Assembly (NCBI RefSeq): GCF_044704955.1
Contig: NC_091989.1
Location: 46,004,001-46,068,000 of the forward strand
DNA length: 64,000 nt
DNA from: Pristiophorus japonicus
Lineage: Eukaryota
Reading direction: 5' to 3'
The translations under genes were made by a program, and so were the position numbers. Under the pieces are notes generated by a model. It saw only the letters and a list, made by a program, of their open reading frames with translations, was not told the DNA's origin and made no database searches. Below are positions 13,511 through 24,924 of the stretch, one piece after another; position 1 is the first letter of the stretch, and each line of letters starts with the position of its first letter.

Positions 13511-13683
13511 TGTAATGTATGTAGGAACCTCATGTTGCCAATGGTTCTGATGCATTGGATAATACTTGTACGACACATTCATGGGTTCAGATAATATAAA
13601 CAAGAAAAAAGAAAGGACATGCATTTATAAAGCACCTTTCACATCCACAGGATATTGCAAAGTGCCTTACAATCAATGGATTA

Positions 13684-14165
13684 CATAAGAACATAAGAAA
13701 TAGGAGCAGGAGTAGGCCATACGGCCCCCTTGAGCCTGCTCCGCCATTCAATAAGCTCATGGCTGATCTGATCATGGACTCAGCTCCACTTACCTGCCCA
13801 CTCCCCATAACCCTATATCCCCTTATCGTTTAAGAAACTGTCTATTTCTGTTTTAAATTTACTTAATGTCCCAGCTTTCACAGCTCTCTGAGGCAGCGAA
13901 TTCCACAGATTTACAACCCTCTGAGAGAAGAAATTTCTCCTCATTTCAGTTTTAAATGGGCGGCCCCTTATTCTAAGATCATGCCTTCTAGTTCTAGTCT
14001 CCCCCATCAGTTGAAACATCCTCTCTGCATCCACCTTGTCAAGCCCCCTCATAATCTTATACGTTTCGATAAGATCACCTCTCATTCTTCTGAATTCCAA
14101 TAAGTAGAGGCCCAAACTACTCAACCTTTCCTCGTAAGTCAACCCCCTCATCCCCAGAATCAACA
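13684..14165 (-). mobile_element. CR1 3' end fragment
   Basis: ORF 13813-14166 (RRMRGDLIETYKI...VVNLWNSLP) with a (ttcttatg)n tail. Confidence 0.92.
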
Positions 14166-14627
14166 TAGTACAACCAAGTTATCTTTGTAGTACAGTCACT
14201 TATGTAAACAAATTACAAAATAAGTCATGAGCTTGAAATTTATTGTTTGTGTTATTCTTTATAATGCATGCAATTGAATTGCAAATTCTGCTTTTGATGA
14301 ATAATTTAGAAAAGTTAAAAATGTAAAAAGTGTGGATAGCACTGTGTTATACCAAGTAAATGTTAGAACTGTAAGAAACAGGAATTTCAAAATGGTCAAC
14401 AGTAAGATCAATCCTAACAATGGGAATAGTATCCCTCTGAATCCATCGAGCTATGTAATAATGCATGAGAGTTAAATGTTGCTGGGGCCATTAAGAAAAC
14501 TCTAGTCTAAATCCTGTAGTTCTCAAAGGGAGGGGTACAGAGTTATCGCTCTGCCTCTGGTGCTCAAGAAGACAAAGGGATCCACCAAAGGATGCCATCA
14601 AGCCATCTTTGTCGGGTTTGATTTGTT

Positions 14628-14975
14628 AAAATTCATTCATGGGATGCGGATGTCGCTGACAAGGCCAGCATTTATTACCCATCTAATTGCCCTTGAGAAG
14701 GTGGTGATGAGCCACCTTCTTGAACCGATGCAGTCCGTATGGTGAAGATACTCCCATAGTGCTGTTAGGGAGGGAGTTCCAGGATTTTGGCCCAGCGACA
14801 ATGAAGGAACATTGATATATTTCTAAGTCAGGATGGTGTGTAACTTGGAGGGAAACTTGGAGGTGATGGTGTTCCCTTGCGCCTGCTGCCCTTGTCCTTC
14901 TAGGTGCTAGAGGTCACGGGTTTGGAAGGTGCTGCCGAAGAAGCCGTGGCAAGTTGCTGCAGTGCATCTTGAAGA
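14628..14975 (-). mobile_element. 3' end of a second LINE family (CR1/L2 group)
   Basis: Minus strand encodes a WNSLP remnant and ends in (atga)n. Short related pieces at about 3645-3680 and 6612-6665. Confidence 0.65.
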
Positions 14976-15931
14976 TGCACTCACAGTGATTAACAATTCA
15001 CAGTACAGCCTACGGTCTAAATTCAGCTGTAACCTTATACGCCCAATATCCCCATCTCTGAATGTTTCACTTCTGAAATCGTCTTTCCCCCCTCTCTTTT
15101 TAGCAGCATGGGTAGTAAGTAGAAGATAGAACTGTTGGCAAAGGTAACTAGGAGGTAATGAAAAGAGTAAAGCAGCAACCACCAGAAGAGTTATTAAAAC
15201 ATAAAAACCTCAAAATTACATCTAGTGATATTAGCAAAAACATGTCTAGATTATTTGAATAGACTAATGACTCCGCTAAAATAATAGACAAAGCAACACA
15301 CAAAATGTTAAGTATTCTTCCATCTATAGCACCAATAATGATTTTGAGTCTAGATTCTTATATGAGAGATAATAATGTGAGGTGCTGTAACAGTGCACAA
15401 GAAAACGCAGAACATGTTCACTACTAGCAGCTGAAAATATTGCCATTTAGTAAATCCAGTGTTTGTCTGATTACAGTTGTTTTAATGAATTTATTGGTCC
15501 TGAAATTCCAGTCGGAGGCTTCTTTTGGACGAATGCCTCCGACCGGAGAATTTTTACGAAAGTACCTGGTGGTCCAGGAGGAGCGTGGGATTCTGTTGGG
15601 GAGGCCTTCTCTTCCCGCGCTGCGAAGCGTGCTCCCGTCCTCGAGGTTCCCACGCAAAAGGTGCAGTCACGTGTGACTGCTCAGCCAATCAGGTACAGTA
15701 TTTCACAGCTTTCTCATTAATAGCAATGAGAACTGTGTATCTACGAGTTCTCACTGCTATTAATGAGAGAAAAAAAACAAACACACTACACACCATAATA
15801 AAAAATAAAAAACACACCTCACATAATTAAAATTAATTGAAATTAAAGTTAATAAATGTCTTAGAAAAAAAAATGATTTTTTAAAAAGTTTTTTAAATTA
15901 TGGTTTAAAATAAATCAGGGTTTTTAACAAT

Positions 15932-16362
15932 TGATGTGGAGTATGACAAAGGCACTCAACACAGGCCTGTTGTGGAGAAAATAATTGTTTAATTGCTTGA
16001 TTAAGGGAGACATGGTCTACACCAGTTCCTTAACTGGATACCTTCCCACCGTTCTCATCTAACACTTCAGGAGCTGCTTCTTTTATCCAGAATTTCTTTG
16101 CAAAGTCATCATTTACATTATCATTGGTCAGTCTTTCTACCGCGTGACAATTTTTTCAACATCCTCCCTGGGTATGAACATATATACCCTGCATCCTGCC
16201 ACTAACAGGAATCTATTTCTTAGTTCTGAATAACAACTGGAAACCACTTCCTAGGCCTACAACATTAGCTCTGAATAACAGGAATTGCACCATTGTCCTA
16301 CAGCAAATTGTGTTTTTGCCTTCCTAATCTAAAACATGTTTAACTCTTTAATTCCCACTTCA
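15932..16362 (-). repeat. 3' LTR of the ERV (431 bp)
   Basis: Direct repeat of 21654-22110, preceded on the minus strand by PPT AGAAGGGGGAAT (16363-16374). Contains CCAAT, GATAAAA and ATTAAA in order on the minus strand. Confidence 0.95.
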
Positions 16363-16482
16363 ATTCCCCCTTCTGCTACATGGTTATTCTATTAACCCAC
16401 CGTGACCAATCTTTTTACCTTACTAGTCTTGTGTGTCTCCCGCCCCAATTTCGTTGATCAGGCGATAGGATCACGACTCATA

Positions 16483-18756
16483 TCAGGTGTTGGTTTGGTT
16501 CGTCGCCCCTGTTACTTTCAGCAAAGGCTTCCTTTCGGATTTCTGAGCGGCTTTTACCAACGCTTTCATCCTTCTCCTCCTACATCTAAAGCACCATTCA
16601 AACAGTAACATAAGTACAATCAACATCTGCACTATCACTAATACATCTGATATAATTCTTATCCAAGGGTGTACATGAACATTAATTCCAAAATTCCATT
16701 GGCCAACACTTTCTTTGTGTCCTTTTGCAGCTTAACAATCTTTTAATCACGATGATGTATTTTTTTCGTTGCTCACAAACACTCTTCTCCAACTCTGTCT
16801 GTTCCTCACTTAGTTTGGGAATGGATTTTCCCTGAGGCTCTTCGAAGACCTCGTACCCTGCCTTTATAGTGTCTACCACCATTCCACTGGTAGTTTCTTC
16901 TTTTAATTCTGGGTATATAATCTGTCCCTGAATATTAACCTCTTCTCTGGTCGTGAAGCAAAAAGTCGGTGGTAGTGATGGGGCAGTGTGTTACTCCTCC
17001 CACAAACATGTTAGTGGCTATGGAGCTGACACACCATTGCTCGTTACTTTGTGATGCTGCTGTTGTCTCGAAATCCAGCATCAACGGGGTTATGCTCAGG
17101 ACGCATCCTTCTGTGCGGCTGTATCCACAATCACCTTGATCAAATTTGGGATCTTCTCGGCACAAAACAACCTGGTTATTCTTATAACAATCTTTAATGC
17201 ACACACCCTTGGTATCATCTCCCTTCTTAATAAAGTATTGGTGCAGTTTGTGGTATCTGACCCGTGTGTTTGGTTTCTTATTTCTCCTACATTAGAATTC
17301 CATAGAAAATAGGTGCAGGAGTAGGCCATTCGGCCCTTCGAGCCTGCACCGCCATTCAATGAGTTCATGGCTGAACAATGCAACTTCAGTACCCCCTTCC
17401 TGCTTTCTCGCCATACCCCTTGATCCCCCTAGTAGCAAGGACGACATCTAACTCCTTTTTGAATATATTTAGTGAATTGGCCTCAACAACTTTCTGTGGT
17501 AGAGAATTCCACAGGTTCACCACTCTCTGGGTGAAGAAGTTTCTCCTCATCTCGGTCCTAAATGGCTTACCCCTTATCCTTAGACTGTGACCCCTGGTTC
17601 TGGACTTCCCCAACATAGGGAACATTCTTCCTGCATCTAACCTGTCTAAACCCATCAGAATTTTAAACGTTTCTATGAGGTCCCCTCTCATTCTTCTGAA
17701 CTCCAGTGAATACAAGCCCAGTTGATCCAGTCTTTCTTGATATGTCAGTCCCGGTATCCCGGGAATCAGTCTGGTGAACCTTCGCTGCACTCCCTCAATA
17801 GCAACATTGTCAACTCTATACAGGAGGTTTCCCTTGGTCACATCATATTGTGGTATTGACAGTACAAATCCAATTATATTCTGATGACCAGTTACACATT
17901 TAGTTTTAGGAACCCATGCATGGCTGTTTCACCTGATTTCACAGGCATCTGTTTCCCTTTTTCTCAAGGTCCATTCCCTGAATACATCATTGATAATCCA
18001 ATCTGGGACCTCCCCATTTTGTAGTTGTTCGAAGTTATGTTCTACTGTACTTATCATCCATGCTCCATACCCGGCGCAAATCGCGGCATTTCATCCGCTT
18101 TCGCTATATTACTTTTGGTTTGCATTTATTAAGTTAATTGTCTTGGCATGATCCCTTAGTGTGTGGGTCATTTGTAACAATTCTCGTTCGGCCCCATCTC
18201 CCAATTGGGCATGCATTTTCTCATTATCATTTCCCCTTTCCAGCAACCCTCTTAGGGTTTTGGTGAATGTGCCAACCTGCTCTTTTACCATCTGGAGATC
18301 TATAGTGTTTACCGTGGCTACGCCCGCCACATATCCCACGCCCATCATTTCTAATATCCCCCTTTTTCGTCTAAGCTTCCCTTTTAATTAGATAAACCTC
18401 AGGGTCTTAGACTCGGGTCCATCTAAGGCCCGCAGTGTCAGATTTTTATACGTGCTTATTGTTTTTGACATGCCGGAACTTGGGATTGTTAGATCGATCA
18501 GATTTAGAAATATCATGATTATCTTCTGGCATATTCTAGTGCGTTTTTTTCCTTTGTGTATTTCATTACTAACCCCACTTTGGCCCCCTTTGTTATGTGA
18601 GGGCACATTGGAGTTCTCCTCATACACAGGAACATCGTTTCCTCTCCTGTATGATTGTGTCAACTTGTACTTCCCTCTGGGGCAGGTGATGGGCTATTAG
18701 TTTCTTCCTTGTCCTTGTAGAATTATAAGGGCGGTGGTGATCATGTTTATATGCAT
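16483..18756 (-). pseudogene. env: env pseudogene, class I fusion glycoprotein resembling Mononegavirales F
   Basis: Joined by hand across stops, frameshifts and a CR1 insert: signal-like MITTALIIL; furin site RRKR (18361-18372); fusion peptide GILEMMGVGYVAGVATVNT; heptad region; IIGFVLSIP..LYRVDNVG; Cys cluster C-x8-C-x10-C-x7-C; TM IISDVLVIVQMLIVLMLLF; basic tail CFRCRRRR; stop at 16483. Confidence 0.8.
17294..17803 (-). mobile_element. CR1 3' fragment inserted into env
   Basis: [15 protein letters not shown]...WNSLP. Flanked by the 5-bp duplication ACATT (17289-17293, 17804-17808); removing it restores env DNVGEIRN. Confidence 0.95.
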
Positions 18757-18796
18757 TCTGTTGATAAAGCACACCCTGGATATTCCAGGCTTTTAG

Positions 18797-18940
18797 TTAG
18801 ATTCTTACCATTTCTACTTCTACCGGATTGTTTGTACCGTTTCTCCGGGCATGTGACCTTTCCCAGGTCCATTTTATTATGGCAAGTACACCTAGTATTG
18901 CAAATATTAATCCTAGTCCCCCGAAAAGTCCATCTATCAA
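18797..18940 (-). CDS. Putative small single-pass membrane accessory ORF of the ERV (47 aa, TTG start or spliced)
   Basis: LIDGLFGGLGLIFAILGVLAIIKWTWERSHARRNGTNNPVEVEMVRI*, lying between the pol stop (18957) and the env start; no ATG. Confidence 0.4.
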   Translation of the reverse strand: MIDGLFGGLGLIFAILGVLAIIKWTWERSHARRNGTNNPVEVEMVRI

Positions 18941-18956
18941 TGCATCCCTCCACTCC

Positions 18957-20155
18957 TTATTCTTTCAGCTGGGACCAATGTTTCCATCGTCCCCCACCTT
19001 TCATATTGACGCATGCACACGTGTCTCCGCTAATCAGTACCTCATAGTGTCCGCTCTGTCAAGGGACCAATCCAGATTTTTCTGGTAATACCCTAACCAT
19101 TACCCTTGCCCCCACCTTGGGTACTCCCGCCGGGGGTTTTGTTCTTTTATCCTCGTCTTCCTCTTCCTGCTTATCTCGCACTTCCTGTCACATACCTTTC
19201 CACTGCCTACTCAGTTCCATCACATACTTCCTAATTCTATCACACAAAGGTCCTAAATCTACTCCTCCTGTAACTATTCCCTCAGGGAGTTTCATTGCTC
19301 GTCCAGTCATTAGTTCACAAGGGGTGAATCCTGTTGTGCGGTTCGGTGTAGCACGCAGTCTCATCAATATGGTGGGCAGGAGTTCCGGCCATGCCTGTCC
19401 GGTTCCCTGGATTGCTTTACTCTGGGAGGTTTTGAGGGTTCTATTCATTCTTTCTACCATTCCCAAACTCTGGGATGGTAGGGGATGTGGAATTTCTGCT
19501 TAATGTTCAGTATTTTACAAGTTTCCTTCATTACCTTTCCTATGACATGAGTTCCTTGGTCCGAATCTATCTGAATGGGAATCCCCCATCTAGGAATGAC
19601 CTCTTCCGCTAATATATGGACTACTGTGGTTGCGGTTAATTCTTCTACACCATCCAGCGGTCCCTGCATCACTACCTCAAGATGCTGGTTTAATACCGCC
19701 CATCCCGTACGTGGGTGGCCGTCGACGTACCGTCGGGATCCGTCCACATACAATGTGAGACCTGGGTTTTCGAGAGCTACCTGACTTACATTCCCTGGGG
19801 AATCTTCCCATTCTAATGCGTTACACTCGTGGGGCTCCCCACTAGTGAGGATTCATTCTGCCGTGTTTTCCCTGGTGTCTCTGACTATCTTTACTGATTC
19901 ATCGTGGGGCAGTAAAACGGCTTCCCACTTCGGTCGGCGGACATTGGAGACGGCCTGGAGCTTTCCAGTATTCAACATTTCTACCAGAGTGTGTGTGGTG
20001 TGTGGGACAATTTTGCCTGCCATCACGACAGGTTTGCTGACCTTGACTGCCCATGTGGCGCAGTCTAGTGCAGCCACGCATCTGGACAAGCCCGCGGCTA
20101 CTGGTGATCATTGGGGTGAATAGTAAGCTATGGGTCTCATTCTGTCCCTGTGCAT
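18957..20155 (-). pseudogene. pol: pol remnant: tether (degenerate RNase H), RNase H N-terminus, integrase core and C-terminus
   Basis: RPIAYYS..SPVAAGLSRCVAA (tether); YVDGS...GWAV (RNase H); WGIP..IDSDQGTH, YHP, GMVERMNRTLK (integrase); GHYEV...WKHWSQLK (C-terminus). RT and protease are absent. Confidence 0.9.
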
Positions 20156-21039
20156 TTCTGTCTCTCATCAGAGAAAATGGCATTTTTAGATTGTTTCCAA
20201 ACTTTTACTATTTTTTTCCGCTAAACTGTTTAGTATTACTTCTTTTACAAAGGTTTCCAATACAACCAAAATGTTTATCAAGAAGAATATATCAAACTCC
20301 CAGTTCAAATACTGTACTGCAAATCTTTTTATTTAAATCTCTTTTACTAAACTAGAAGCTTTCACATCATTTAAAATAAGATCCTACTCAAAGGAAACGA
20401 GGGCAGAGCTTCCCCAGCCTCAAGAAACCCACACAGGCTTTTTAAGAAAAAAAATGACATTACAATCTTCCCTTCTCCTTTCTTTATCTCATTCATAGAC
20501 TAAATTTAGTATCTTTCAACCCAATGTAATCAATGATTACGTGTTTTTTTTTAACACACGTAATTGGGCGTCTCAGCCTGCAATAACCAAATTGAAAAGA
20601 CAACACTTTGTTTACGATTCTAATTGATTTAAAATAAGCCACACATTTTTAATTGAAGTGTTATCTTTTGTTACACAACCCTATCCTTTGTGCATTTCCT
20701 AGCTCCATAACATCAAAATAAATCCATATCTGTGTTTCTAACTTAAAGTGTCATTCAATTTGACATGCACAATTCAACTTCTTCACATTTTCTGAAACTT
20801 CCCACAGCTAGGACAATACTACAAGGGTTAAAAACTTTCAGCTCTCTGCCCGAAAAAGGTGGGTGGAGCTAAAACAAACATACAGATACACCATTTCTCT
20901 TTTAAAAGACCGGCTTTCAGACAAATGAAACATTCATTAATTCCCATCTCAAATATTCTACAGTCAAGAAGACTTCCATGCAACCACTTTCATTCAACAA
21001 AGCTTATCTTTCTCTTCCTCAGCACAAAAGCTGAAGCTT

Positions 21040-21325
21040 CTGTGATGGTGTTATATTCTTCTTAGATCTACCCACTCTATCTCCTATTCTTAATTTGCGC
21101 AATTCCTCTAATTGAGACCTGGCCATGGCCTTATATTGCAAACATTGACTAACCATCATCAAACCTGTTTTGGCCGTGTGTTTATTTGCCTTTCTCCCAC
21201 CATAATTTTGTTTGCGGGTTTTCTTTCGGATCCCATCCTTCACTTAACATCGTAACTAACAATTTTTTGTGGTCGTCAGCAAAATACCTACTCAGCGAAC
21301 CTTCCGGCCCCCAACCTGGCATATT
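21040..21325 (-). pseudogene. Probable N-terminal gag remnant
   Basis: Frameshifted MPGW.PEGSLSRYFADDHKKLLVTMLSEGWDPKENPQTKLWW...SQLEELRKL after the leader. Assigned by position only. Confidence 0.4.
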
Positions 21326-21633
21326 TTTTCACGCCATCTATTTTTGGTACGTCTACCCCTCTATCGGTTCGTTGTCCCCTTTAACCTGGTTTCCTCAAAC
21401 CTAGGGTCTGCAATTACAAACCTACGAAGCCGATCCTACTTTGATAATTACTATTGTGGCCTCATAACTACCCTCAAGTCTTTTACACCATTACAGACCT
21501 TTCTCACAAGCTCGGACACCCCAGGCAACCGACACGTTTCGCGGCAGATTATATCGGATTTATGAGTGGTATTTAGAATATTTACTCACTCGTGATGGTC
21601 TCCAAACGTCTGCCTGACTTTCACCCGGGCGCG

Positions 21634-21651
21634 TCCTGCCAGACTACGCCA
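21634..21651 (-). promoter_or_regulatory. Primer-binding site, tRNA-Ser
   Basis: TGGCGTAGTCTGGCAGGA, 2 nt after the 5' LTR. Complementary to the tRNA-Ser 3' end UCCUGCCGACUACGCCA with one extra base. Confidence 0.85.
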
Positions 21652-21653
21652 TT

Positions 21654-22110
21654 TGATGTGCAATATGACAAAGACACTCAATACAGGCCTGTTGTGGAGA
21701 AAAGAATTGTTTAATTGCTTGATCAAAGGAGACACGGTCTACACCAGTTCCTTAACTGGATACCTTCCCACCGTTTTCGTCTAACACTTCAGGAGCTGCT
21801 TCTTTTATCCAGAATTCTTTGCAAAGTCATCATTTACATTATCATTGGTCAGTCTTTCTACCGCGTGACAATTTTTTCAACATTCTCCTTGGGTATGAAC
21901 ATTTATATCCTGCATCCTGCCACTAACAGGAATCTATTTCTTAGTTCCTAATAACAACAGGAAGCCACTTCCTAGGCCTACGACATTAGCTCTGAATAAC
22001 AGGAATTGCACCATTGTCCTACAGTTGCACCTGCTAATTTCACCACATCAGCAAATTGTGTTTTTGCCTTCCTAATCTAAAACATGTTTAACTCGTGAAT
22101 TCCCACTTCA
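21654..22110 (-). repeat. 5' LTR of the ERV (457 bp)
   Basis: About 21 substitutions plus 1-bp and 27-bp indels versus the 3' LTR (manual count, about 5%). Confidence 0.95.
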
Positions 22111-23098
22111 ACAATAAAATGTGTTTTTTCAATTTTATTTTATTATGTTTTTGTGCATTTTAAAACTCTTACGCCTATAAAAGTAGGCTATGCACCTGCT
22201 TTTATCAGGCGCAAGAGTTTTCAGGACATCTGCTGGGCAAGATATGGGTAAATACCACAATCTTGCCCTTGAAAATGTCCTTGCTCCCGAGATGTGGAGG
22301 ATCTATCAAGCTGGAGGCTTGACAGATCGGAAAAGCTAGTTTTCAGCGCATGCGCATTGTACGCTAAAAACGGCTTTTGCGATGCCTTCCCGGGTCCATA
22401 CACACTCCGTATTGACCCGGGGGGGCGGGGATTTCTGAGCCAAAGTTTTCTTTGCTGCTGTATGCAGAGGGGAGCCCGAGATACTGTTTGCTAACGCCTT
22501 GGTTGCACTTGAGTGAACAAACAACCACGTTTGTCTTCCTTAACCATATCTAGTGATGCACGCGAACCGGGGAGTTCAGGTGAACACTGGGTCAAACAGG
22601 TAAGGCTCCAAACCTTTGTTAACTATGATTATTTGTTCAGTAAAACCATTTTTTTTGTTAATGGCAGAAACAGATTCCTGAATTAATCACATGATATAAA
22701 ACGAACTACTACCGTACCAGATGATTTGAATTGAAGGGATGCCAGGGATTATTTCAGTGCGCGAAACAGAAGCCAATACCCTCTAAAATAACTTAACCTT
22801 AACTCTGGAAAAACAATTGAAGTATTCGGGCGATCAGATGTTAAGACACTTGGGGAGCAGCAGACAATGCTGCAAATTTTGACAGTACCACAGCATCTTA
22901 ACGTATCAGCAGCTTTCAGTTAATAACACTCACGCAAATGTTACTTAAAATGATTGCAGTTTACAGCCTCAAAGAGTAAACACTTGAACTGAATTCATAA
23001 ATGTGATATCATATATTGGCTGGAGGTAAAAGGGAAAAATGGAAACCAAAGCAAAAAACACAAAGGTGGCCCCTTTTATGATATGGAGCTGCTTGTAC

Positions 23099-23228
23099 CT
23101 GTCAGATAACTGTTCATATGCAAAGATAATTCTGCTTGGCTCCAAAACCACATTGGCAATGACAGAAGGGCACAGGATGGCTGAGGCCATGGTCGCACAC
23201 ACTGTTTGCCAAGAAATAATAATTTGCC
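23099..23228 (-). CDS. Candidate internal exon (130 nt; QIIISWQTVCATMASAILCPSVIANVVLEPSRIIFAYEQLSD)
   Basis: Good acceptor ccattcctctgcacag|, weak donor AG|gtacaa, open frame. Protein not recognised. Confidence 0.25.
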
Positions 23229-23544
23229 CTGTGCAGAGGAATGGTGGAACTCGACTGATGCTACGAAAAGATCAAAAAATGAAAGTTGGGAACAATTAAT
23301 AATGGTCTGGATCACACCAAATGTCACAAAGCCTTGAAAAAAACACATGGTGGACTAAGCTAATGATCAAAAAACACTCCAATCTATTTGTCAAGGGAGC
23401 AAGCACGTTCTTAGAGTCCAAATAATAAGTGTGACAAAAACCTTTAAAAAAACGTTCCACTCACTATCCGCAAGCTGAAAGCAGTGTTGATAACATCCTT
23501 TAAACACATGCTATCATTAATTTGTAAAGTCATGAAATCACTGA

Positions 23545-23925
23545 ACATAGGAAGTGCTATAGGCCATTCTGCTCCTCGAGTCCATTCCACCAATCAATTA
23601 GATCATGGTGGATGTGTATATCAACTCCATTTAGCCGCCTTTGGTCCATATCCCTTGATACTCTTGCCTAACAAAGATGTATTAATCTCAGTCTTGATAG
23701 TTTTGAGGGAGTGATTTGCAGATTTCCACCACCCTTGATGTGAAAGATGTTTCCAGGTAGCATTCCTAAATGGCCTGGCTCTAATTCTGGGATTATGGCC
23801 TTTTATCCTGGATTTCTCGACCACAGGAATTAGCTTCTCTGTGTTTACCCTATCGAATCTTTTTTAGCATTTTAAACATCCCAATTGGATCACCCCTCAA
23901 CCTTCCGAATGTATGGAATATAAAC
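23545..23925 (-). mobile_element. Old CR1 3' fragment
   Basis: Degenerate 'KSRIKGHN.RIRARPFR' and 'IKGYG' remnants with a CR1-type 3' UTR. Confidence 0.75.
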
Positions 23926-24924
23926 ACTTTTGAACAGTAATTACTGTTGGTTCTGTGTTTTATAAATTCCAGCTTCTGTAAATTGCTTTATAAGCTGAAA
24001 AAAATTACAGAAAAACTTTGAAAGAATTATGATTTTACCGGGGTGTTTAAAATGCTGAAAAGGTTCGATGATTTTACTGGCAGGAGAGAAGTCAACTATT
24101 AAACATTTTTGAGGCTTCCCAAATCAGAGGAAAGAATATGATAATATCTTGGGGGCTCCCAGCTGACGTTTGCTCAGTCTTCACCTCCCCGGCTCCATTT
24201 AAAATCTGATAGATTAACATCATTTCTTTCAATTACTAACATAAGTGAAAAGTTCTTTTTTATCACAGGTTTAAAAGAAGGTTTCTGAAGATCACAAACA
24301 ATTCATTTACACCATTAGATTTGCTTTTTGAACATTTATAACCCTGAAGTGGGCTTCTTGTTGATTCAGGGAGGGAGAGACACATGTGTTGTTATACATC
24401 TTTCTTGAGCAGTGCAATGATGTCTTCTGATGCAAATTACATTATTGCATTATATTGATAAATTCCATTCGATATCTATGGCATTGACTTTTCAACAGCG
24501 CTCATGGCCCTTTAACTAATGATTCAAGTGTCACCAAGGATTTGAATTTTAATGCTTGAGTTTTTTTTGTTGGTGACAAGCAGAAGAGTTCTCAATTGAT
24601 TCTGAGTTTACGTAATCAATTGGGGAGGAACACATCACTGTTCTGTTGGGTTTCACAATGTCATTATACTAATCCTTTGAATTGTGGACCTTGAGTAAGT
24701 TCGCAATGCTTTTTTTTAAACTTAATTGAGAACCGATCAATGTATTTGTGTAAAGCAGGCATTTCAGTGCAAGCATGCTCATTGCAGTTACTGTGATTGA
24801 TGGACAACTCTTACACAATCTCAACTTGCTTCTGATCACCAGTTTATTTTGCTCCTGAATCGAGGGGACAGCACAGTGGTAGCAAGCATCTCTTGTTCCA
24901 GGTCAGCCCTTTATACGCACGGTG

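Larger units (their letters stand above)
15932..22110 (-). mobile_element. Defective endogenous retrovirus, lokiretrovirus-like
   Basis: Two TG..CA LTRs, 5-bp TSD ACAAT (15927-15931, 22111-22115), PBS, PPT, retroviral tether/RNase H/integrase remnants and an F-protein-like env. Confidence 0.9.
15496..22441. mobile_element. MITE split by the retroviral insertion (arms 15496-15931 and 22111-22441)
   Basis: Termini GGTCCTGAAATTCC / GGGATTTCTGAGCC. The joined arms resemble the uninterrupted relative at 37322-38018. Confidence 0.75.

Noticed and set aside
17386-17841. 151-aa ORF as a novel fusion protein
   Set aside because: Chance in-frame read-through from the env pseudogene into the inserted CR1 fragment.
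22540-22572. Faint resemblance to 28S rRNA near the R2 target site
   Set aside because: Too short and too divergent; no flanking rRNA sequence.
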